Origin: Nitrososphaerota archaeon
Lineage (GTDB): Archaea > Thermoproteota > Nitrososphaeria > Nitrososphaerales > UBA57
Assembly: GCA_002713205.1 (NCBI GenBank)
Contig: PAVW01000006.1
Coordinates: forward strand, 104,657 to 125,967
Direction of reading: 5' to 3'
Length of the DNA stretch: 21,311 nt
In this document: positions 15,538 to 21,311 of the stretch, piece after piece
How positions within the stretch are numbered: position 1 is the stretch's first letter
Layout of the letters: each line of letters opens with the position of its first letter
Translations under genes and position numbers: made by a program
Notes under the pieces: model-generated
Told to the model about the DNA's origin: nothing
Database searches by the model: none
What the model saw: the letters and a program-made list of their open reading frames with translations, nothing else

Positions 15538-17246
15538 ATGAGGGATATACCATATCTGAGAAGAATATCAACAATTCTAGTAGTAAAAGCGATAGAATTT
15601 GGTTAAATAAATATCCGAAAGGATTAGACTTCAATATAGATGTTCCCGAACAAACTTTTGGTGAATATATTGATCAGATCTGTAAAAAATATGCTAATGA
15701 AATAGCATATGAATACCAAGGAAAGAGTTTCACATATAATGAAATAAATGAGTTATCAAATAAATTTGCAAATGCATTAATAAAACTTGGGATAAAAAAA
15801 GGAGATCGGGTTGCACTTTTATTACCAAATATTCCACAATTTCCAATTGCATTATATGGAATTTTAAAAGCAGGAGCAATTTCCGTTGGAACTAACTTTC
15901 TATATACTCCGGCAGAAATTGAATCTCAATTACTGGATGCAAATCCAAAGATTGTTATTGCTTGTACAGATTTAGTAAAAAAACCAATTATGAGGGATTT
16001 ATATCAAGGATTTCATGAAACACGAAAAAACCTTGATGTTGAAAAAGTAATCACTACAAGTGTGACTGACTTTCTTCCAAGTATAAAGAAACGGCTAGCA
16101 TTTGTTAAAGTTAAAAAAAGAAAATTTGACGATACAATTGATTTTGTAGAAGTATTAAATGCAGGCGATAGTGCACTACCAGAAAGTACGTCAGTATCGA
16201 ATGATATTGCAGCGCTTCAATATACGGGAGGAACTACAGGAAAATCTAAAGGTGCAATGTTGACACATAAAAATATCATAACAGAGGTAGAGATGGTTTG
16301 TAAATGGGTAAAATTAAGAGAAAAGAATGATACTGCGTTATTAGTACTTCCATTATTTCATATATTTGGTTTTATTGGTCAGATGATTATGATGAGATCA
16401 GGTTGTAAAGTTGTTTTACTGCCTAGTTTTGAGGAGAAACAGGTTTTAAAAACAATTGAGAAGAGTAAGATTACAATATTTCCAGGCGTTACTACCATGT
16501 TTACAAAATTAATAGATCATCCAAATATGAAGAAATCGGAATTGTCTTCACTTAGAATTTCTTTTGCCGCTGCAATGGCATTGCCAGAAGCAGTAGTAAA
16601 GCAATTTGTTGAAAAATCAAAATCCCCTCTAGTTGAACTATACGGATTAAGTGAAACTACAGGAGCAGTAACTTTTAATCCAATTCATGATATGAATCTT
16701 GCAAAAGTCGGATCTATAGGTGTGCCATTGCCAATGTGTGATGTTGCAATAGTAAATAGTGAAAATCACGAGGAGTTTTGTGCAGTAAATGAAATTGGTG
16801 AAATCGCAGTAAAAGGGCCAATTGTAATGAAAGGATACTGGAATAATAAGGAAGAGACGAGTAATATGATAAAAAATGGTTGGTTATTAACAGGTGATAT
16901 TGGAAAGATGGATGAAGAAGGTTATTTTTACATTATTGATCGTAAAAAAGACATGATCAAAGTAGCTGGATTTAATGTATATCCAAGGGATGTGGAGGAT
17001 GTATTATATGAAAATGAAAATGTACTAGAAGCAGCTGCAGTAGGGATGAAGAACAAAGATTTATCTGAATATATTAAAGCTTTTGTAGTTTTCAAAAAAG
17101 GAAAAACTGCTAGTGAAGAAGAATTAATTGAATTTTGTAGAACCAAGTTAACAGGATACAAAGTTCCTAAAGAGATAGAATTCAGAAAAGAATTACCAAA
17201 GAGTTTAATTGGAAAGATTCTTAGAAAGTCTCTAAAGAATTCATAA
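15538..17246 (+). CDS. AMP-forming acyl-CoA synthetase (long/medium-chain fatty-acid-CoA ligase family); 5' end anomalous with no in-frame canonical start before 15990
   Basis: The ORF-track segment 15990-17246 carries YTGGTTGKSKGA (AMP-binding motif), LYGLSET, TGDIG...DR-KD and a C-terminal GKILRK. The same frame stays open back to 15525 and encodes a conserved-looking N-terminus (WLNKYPKGLDF...YEYQGKSFTYNEINELSNKFANALIKLGIKKGDRVALLLPN). It has no ATG, GTG or TTG in that stretch. The ATG at 15538 is in another frame. Confidence 0.8.
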
Positions 17247-17248
17247 TT

Positions 17249-18022
17249 TTATTTTAATTTATCTAAAAAGATGTCTTTGGGTTGTAAAAGATTAAGCAAA
17301 AGTTCAAAATATTGTAATAAAATATTTCTGAAATTACTATCATTTTTTAAATTAATAGTTATTAGAAAGGTTTCGAGTTTAATAAATTTCTCTGAATTAT
17401 TTGTATCAGTATCGTCAATTTTATAAAAGGATAAAAATTTTTCATTACGTCTTTCCATCTCTTTATCTACATTGAAAAATATATTTCGGCGTTTTAATGA
17501 TGCAATAGCAAAAGCATTTCTAGTGAGAAGAGATGCATCAACTATGTGATTTCCAGTTGGAAGATCTGACATCCAAGTTAAGAAAAATTCCTGAACAAGT
17601 TTAGTTTCTTTTTCACTATTAAGAAGTTCAAAGACTAAATCATCTACGAGTATATTTTGAAGATGTGTAAAGGATTCAGTAAGAAAAGAACCCTCTGCAT
17701 TATTTAGTCCTTCAGAGTGAATTATAGAATGGATAATCTCTTGAATAAGTTCTTGTTGGTGGGAGGGAGATTGATTTTCGGTAAAATAAATATGAGCAAG
17801 TTCGTGTAATATTAATCCCCCAAGCATTTGCGAATCAAGTGCCCAATCAGCTATTACTATAGTTGAACTATGAGAATCAATCTTTGCATATCCCATGAAT
17901 TGGAGATCGGGATCAATTTCTATATTAATAATAGCATCTATCGAATAACCAGCATCTTGCATGCGTTCAATGGCAAATTGAAGAGTTTGATTTACAGATT
18001 CATCTTGATTCGTTGTTTCCAT
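17249..18022 (-). CDS. Hypothetical protein with an HExxH motif (putative zinc metallopeptidase)
   Basis: LILHELAHIYF lies in the middle of a 257-aa soluble protein. I cannot place it in a more specific family by eye. Confidence 0.4.
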   Translation of the reverse strand: METTNQDESVNQTLQFAIERMQDAGYSIDAIINIEIDPDLQFMGYAKIDSHSSTIVIADWALDSQMLGGLILHELAHIYFTENQSPSHQQELIQEIIHSIIHSEGLNNAEGSFLTESFTHLQNILVDDLVFELLNSEKETKLVQEFFLTWMSDLPTGNHIVDASLLTRNAFAIASLKRRNIFFNVDKEMERRNEKFLSFYKIDDTDTNNSEKFIKLETFLITINLKNDSNFRNILLQYFELLLNLLQPKDIFLDKLK

Positions 18023-18119
18023 ATATCATCACTATACTTCATATAATTCGTAAAAGTACATCATATTTAATATCAAATATTTTTTTTCTATAGTTATCAA
18101 ATATAAGAATATCTAGAAA

Positions 18120-18223
18120 TGGACCGTAGGGGAATCGAACCCCTGACCATACAGGTTATTCATAACATTCCGCATGCGAAGCGGATAATGTAGCAATTGT
18201 TTCTACCGCTGAACTACCGGCCC
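18120..18223 (-). tRNA. tRNA-Ala(CGC) with two non-canonical introns (24/25 and 44/45)
   Basis: The minus strand reads GGGCCGG-TA-GTTC-AGCGGTA-GAA[13 nt, 18188-18200]T-A-TCCGC-TTCGCAT-GCGGA-A[19 nt, 18149-18167]GGTC-AGGGG-TTCGATT-CCCCT-ACGGTCC-A. It has the G3:U70 alanine identity pair, and the anticodon CGC lies at 18176-18178. Both introns are flanked by a 4-bp helix (GTAG/CTAC and GCGG/CTGT) with 3-nt bulges. Confidence 0.75.
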
Positions 18224-18305
18224 ATATAACAACCACATCATTATCACATAATTTGTTTACTTTTAGCTCAAAACTTAAACAAAGGTTAATATTAATTATT
18301 TCCGG

Positions 18306-18380
18306 GCGGTCGTCGTATAGTCTGGTCTAATACGTTAGCTTGCCAAGTTAATAACTCGGGTTCAAATCCCGGCGACCGCA
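18306..18380 (+). tRNA. tRNA-Gly(GCC), intron-less
   Basis: Acceptor GCGGTCG/CGACCGC with A73. D-arm GTAT-AGTCTGGTCTA-ATAC. Anticodon arm TTAGC-TTGCCAA-GTTAA. T-arm TCGGG-TTCAAAT-CCCGG. Confidence 0.9.
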
Positions 18381-18403
18381 TTTAGCAAAAAAAAATTTAC
18401 AGG

Positions 18404-19675
18404 CTAACTATTATCAAGTTTATTTAGTAATTCTTTTGCTCGTTGAAAATTAACATTTTTTTCCTCAATCATTATATTTGCAATTTTATCAGTTAATTCA
18501 CCACCAGCTCCAGCAGATATTGCTAAATTTCGGGAATGAAGAATCATATGACCAGTCTGTATGCCTTCAGAAGATAGTGCATAAATGGCTGCTAAGTTTT
18601 GTGCTAAACCAACAGATGCCATAATTTCACCCAATTCTGAAGCAGTTTTAACACCCAAAATATTTAGGCAAATTTTTGCGCTTGGGTGAACTGAGGAAAT
18701 ACCGCCTACAATACCTACAGGAACAGGGAGCTTAATTCTACCGAATAAATTTCCTGAGGAATCTTTTTCCCAATTTGTAAGAGGAAGATATTTACCAGTA
18801 AGTGATGCATAGGAATGAATAGCTGATTCTAATGCTCTAGTATCTTGACCAGTTGCAATAGCTAATGCAATTATACCATTCATGATGCCTTTGTTATGAG
18901 TGACAGCTCGATAAGGATCATTATTAGCAAATTCTGCGGCGTCAAGAATTCTATTAATAATTTCCTCGCCTCCTAAGATTTCTTTGTTAAATATTGCTGA
19001 AGCTTCAACTAATCGTTCTGTGGCAAGATTGGAAACAATTCGTAAAATAGATTTTCCATTAGTCATATCTTCAAGAATTGAAGAAAGAGATTCAGCGATT
19101 TTATTACACACATTAGCACCCATTGCATCCTTACAATCTACAGAAATTTCTACAATTAACATTATACCACGTTGGGTATTAATTTTTTTAAGTGAAATAT
19201 CCTTAGCTCCACCTCCAAGCGAATGTAAAGTTGGTGTGGTTCTATTAGCAATATTTAATAAATCAGATTTTTTCTCAAGAATATTTTTAGTTGCAGTATT
19301 TATATCAGGAATATTAACGAGTTGGATCTGGGACCTCATAATATTTCCTAAACTTTTAGCTTTAAATCCACCCATTAAACGAGCAATACCAGCAGATTTA
19401 CTAGATGCTGCTATAACTGACGATTCTTCAATAGCCATTGGAATTAAAAATTCTTTGGAATTAATTATGTAATTAGTTGCTAATCCAATAGGAATGGATA
19501 TGCCACCAATTACATTTTCAATCATAGTTGAAGCTTGATCAATGGTAATTCCAGACATTGATTTCAAAATGGATAATTCAACATCAGATAAATTAGAAAA
19601 ATCTTTCAAATAGTCGAGCCTATCATGAGGATTTAATTTATAAAAACTAGGAATTTTTGATGTTTTTTTCTTCAC
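18404..19675 (-). CDS. hmgA: Hydroxymethylglutaryl-CoA reductase, class II-type sequence signature (mevalonate pathway)
   Basis: IENVIGGISIPIGLATNYIINSKEFLIPMAIEESSVIAA, DAMGANVCN and VGIVGGISSVHP match the class II HMGR blocks (ENVIG, EEPSVVAA-like, DAMGAN, GxxGG). GTG start. Confidence 0.85.
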   Translation of the reverse strand: MKKKTSKIPSFYKLNPHDRLDYLKDFSNLSDVELSILKSMSGITIDQASTMIENVIGGISIPIGLATNYIINSKEFLIPMAIEESSVIAASSKSAGIARLMGGFKAKSLGNIMRSQIQLVNIPDINTATKNILEKKSDLLNIANRTTPTLHSLGGGAKDISLKKINTQRGIMLIVEISVDCKDAMGANVCNKIAESLSSILEDMTNGKSILRIVSNLATERLVEASAIFNKEILGGEEIINRILDAAEFANNDPYRAVTHNKGIMNGIIALAIATGQDTRALESAIHSYASLTGKYLPLTNWEKDSSGNLFGRIKLPVPVGIVGGISSVHPSAKICLNILGVKTASELGEIMASVGLAQNLAAIYALSSEGIQTGHMILHSRNLAISAGAGGELTDKIANIMIEEKNVNFQRAKELLNKLDNS

Positions 19676-19717
19676 GTGTAAATATAAACATTCATCAGTA
19701 AAATGATTATCTATAGA

Positions 19718-20092
19718 TTATTTTAGAGATGCGAAGGATTCCAATTCAAAACTGTATAAATTGTCTAGTGTTATTGAATAATTCTCGTTTAGATATTCTT
19801 TTGCTTTGTCGCTTAGTGATGCCTTATTTACAATAATCTTAAAACTAAATTTTGGAACATCTATAGATTTATTGTGTTCTTGTTCTAAATCTTTTAAGAT
19901 TTTTTTTTCACTAATAGTTAATGTCGCAATTTGTCGACCATCAGGCAATTGTTCATAAAATTGTACATCTGCTTTGTTATCTTTTTTATTAATATCTAAG
20001 ACATATCCTGTAAGGTCTAACGTTTCTAATTTTTTCATTTTTGCTGAAGAAATTTCTTCTGCTAACCATTTCGGAAATGTGTCTTTTCCCAA
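19718..20092 (-). CDS. Hypothetical protein (124 aa) between pgk and hmgA
   Basis: Intact ORF whose TTG start lies 7 nt after the pgk stop (alternative ATG at M19). Same strand as both neighbours. No recognisable motif. Confidence 0.4.
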   Translation of the reverse strand: MGKDTFPKWLAEEISSAKMKKLETLDLTGYVLDINKKDNKADVQFYEQLPDGRQIATLTISEKKILKDLEQEHNKSIDVPKFSFKIIVNKASLSDKAKEYLNENYSITLDNLYSFELESFASLK

Positions 20093-20099
20093 TTCAAAT

Positions 20100-21308
20100 T
20101 CACCTCTGATTATAGCGAGTTGCTGAGTTATTTAACGCTTGTAAAAGAGGTAATTCTTCACCGGTGAGATAACGTATAAGGGCGCCACCTGCGGTACTAA
20201 CATGATAAATTTTATCTTTTAATTGTAGTTGTTCAAGAACTGCGCTAAGATGACCACCACTAGTAATTGTTTTGGCGTTTGAATTGGCCAATTTATTGAG
20301 AATTTCAACGGTACCTAATCGAAATTCTTGATTTTCAAACATTCCCAATGGACCAGTTATGAAAATGTTTTCAGCATGATCAATTTGCTGTGAAAAATTT
20401 TGAATTGTCATAGCACCTATATCAAAAATCTTATCAGATGCGTCAACATCAACTAATTTTTTTTCAGTTCTTTTTCGATCAACTTCAACAGCAACATCTT
20501 CAGCTAAGATGAATTTATCTGGATATTGTTCAAGTAATGATTTAGCAGTCTTAATTGAATTTTTATCATCTATTGATGTAGAGGATAATGGAACTTGTTC
20601 AGATGCTGCAAGAAATGTATTACCTATAAGACCACCAAGAAGGGTTTTTTCAATTCTTCCGGCATTAATTAGTTTTTGTATAGATTTGAGTCGATCAGGA
20701 ATTTTTGCACCGCCCAATATAGCAGTAAATTTCATATCAGGATTTTGAACAATATTTTGCAGGGCTTTAACTTCACCTTCAACTATTGTACCTGCATAAG
20801 CAGGCATAAGCTCGGCAAATCCTACAATAGAAGGATGAGAACGATGAGATGTGGAAAATGCATCCAGAACACAAACGTCAAAATATGGTGATAATTTCTT
20901 CACCAAATGAGAATTAACAGCATGTTCGGGTGACATTTCTGAATTTTCCTCTGCAAGAAACCGTAAATTGTCAAGTAATAGAATATCCCCATTATCCATA
21001 TTCTGAATTTCAGTAATTACTGTAGGGCCAATTATATCAGGAACAAATTTGACTGTTCGATCAAGCAATTCAGAAAGAGCAATTGCATGTTGATTCATAG
21101 ATATATAATCAGAGTTACCTAATCTGCCTTGATGTGAAGCAACTACCAATTTACAATTATTTAATTTACGAATAGTATTAGATACCTCAATCAAACGAGA
21201 TTTATCAAGTATTGAAAGATCATGAGGATTAATGGGACTGTTTATATCACATCGTAAAAAAACAGTTTTATTAGATAAATCAGCATTCTGAAGAGAAAGA
21301 ATATTCAT
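20100..21308 (-). CDS. pgk: Phosphoglycerate kinase (archaeal type)
   Basis: N-terminal KTVFLRCDINSPI, then ASHQGR, FDIGAMTI, GPLGMFE and STAGGA blocks typical of PGK. About 402 aa, complete within the window. Confidence 0.9.
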   Translation of the reverse strand: MNILSLQNADLSNKTVFLRCDINSPINPHDLSILDKSRLIEVSNTIRKLNNCKLVVASHQGRLGNSDYISMNQHAIALSELLDRTVKFVPDIIGPTVITEIQNMDNGDILLLDNLRFLAEENSEMSPEHAVNSHLVKKLSPYFDVCVLDAFSTSHRSHPSIVGFAELMPAYAGTIVEGEVKALQNIVQNPDMKFTAILGGAKIPDRLKSIQKLINAGRIEKTLLGGLIGNTFLAASEQVPLSSTSIDDKNSIKTAKSLLEQYPDKFILAEDVAVEVDRKRTEKKLVDVDASDKIFDIGAMTIQNFSQQIDHAENIFITGPLGMFENQEFRLGTVEILNKLANSNAKTITSGGHLSAVLEQLQLKDKIYHVSTAGGALIRYLTGEELPLLQALNNSATRYNQR

Positions 21309-21311
21309 TAA

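Noticed and set aside
15538-16001. Repeat of ATGAGGGAT(A/T)TAT at 15538 and 15990 as evidence for a duplication or recombination event
   Set aside because: Only 9-12 nt are shared, with no extended flanking similarity. I note it in the start-codon finding but it is insufficient on its own.
16928-17161. 77-aa minus-strand ORF inside the acyl-CoA synthetase gene
   Set aside because: It is an antisense shadow ORF over the conserved C-terminal domain.
18984-20891. Plus-strand ORFs 18984-19472, 20509-20748 and 20676-20891
   Set aside because: They lie antisense to hmgA and pgk, both of which have unambiguous family motifs on the minus strand.
1-21311. Search for CRISPR arrays, long tandem or inverted repeats, integrases or transposases and rRNA genes
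   Set aside because: I saw no regularly spaced direct repeats, no recombinase or transposase-like ORFs and no rRNA-like GC-rich blocks. The window reads as a core chromosome region rather than an accessory island.

Overview
Visibly AT-rich archaeal chromosomal segment. It is probably from an ammonia-oxidising thaumarchaeon (Nitrosopumilales-like). That placement is inferred from a membrane-anchored type-1 cupredoxin, F420 genes cofD-cofC, an archaeal-type PGK and tRNA genes carrying several non-canonical introns. Coding density is high and the content is mostly housekeeping: partial pepA, an AN1-zinc-finger/M50 protease fusion, a Hef-like helicase, tmk plus a SAMHD1-like HD hydrolase, an RNase HIII-like gene, ribB, an Hsp20-like gene, an ABC-2 exporter, cofD/cofC, acylphosphatase, an M20 hydrolase, a cupredoxin, a CorA-like channel, an AMP-forming acyl-CoA synthetase, an HExxH protein, a class-II-type HMG-CoA reductase and pgk. 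I found no CRISPR array, integrase, transposase or recognisable defence island. The unusual signals are at the RNA level. Three of the four tRNA genes are interrupted by eight hand-predicted introns in total, six at non-canonical positions; tRNA-Arg(CCU) appears to carry four, and tRNA-His has one inside the acceptor stem. All eight fit the same minimal bulge-helix-bulge geometry to varying degrees: six have an intact 4-bp central helix, the 37/38 intron of tRNA-Arg has one mismatch, and the D-loop intron of tRNA-Arg is unresolved. A GC-enriched 82-nt hairpin with a K-turn (CUGA/GAUGA) and an ACA directly 3' of it lies at 14331-14412 and fits neither C/D nor H/ACA sRNA rules. The acyl-CoA synthetase ORF is open and conserved-looking for about 150 codons upstream of its first canonical start codon. 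All calls are by-eye motif and structure reading; no database search was possible.
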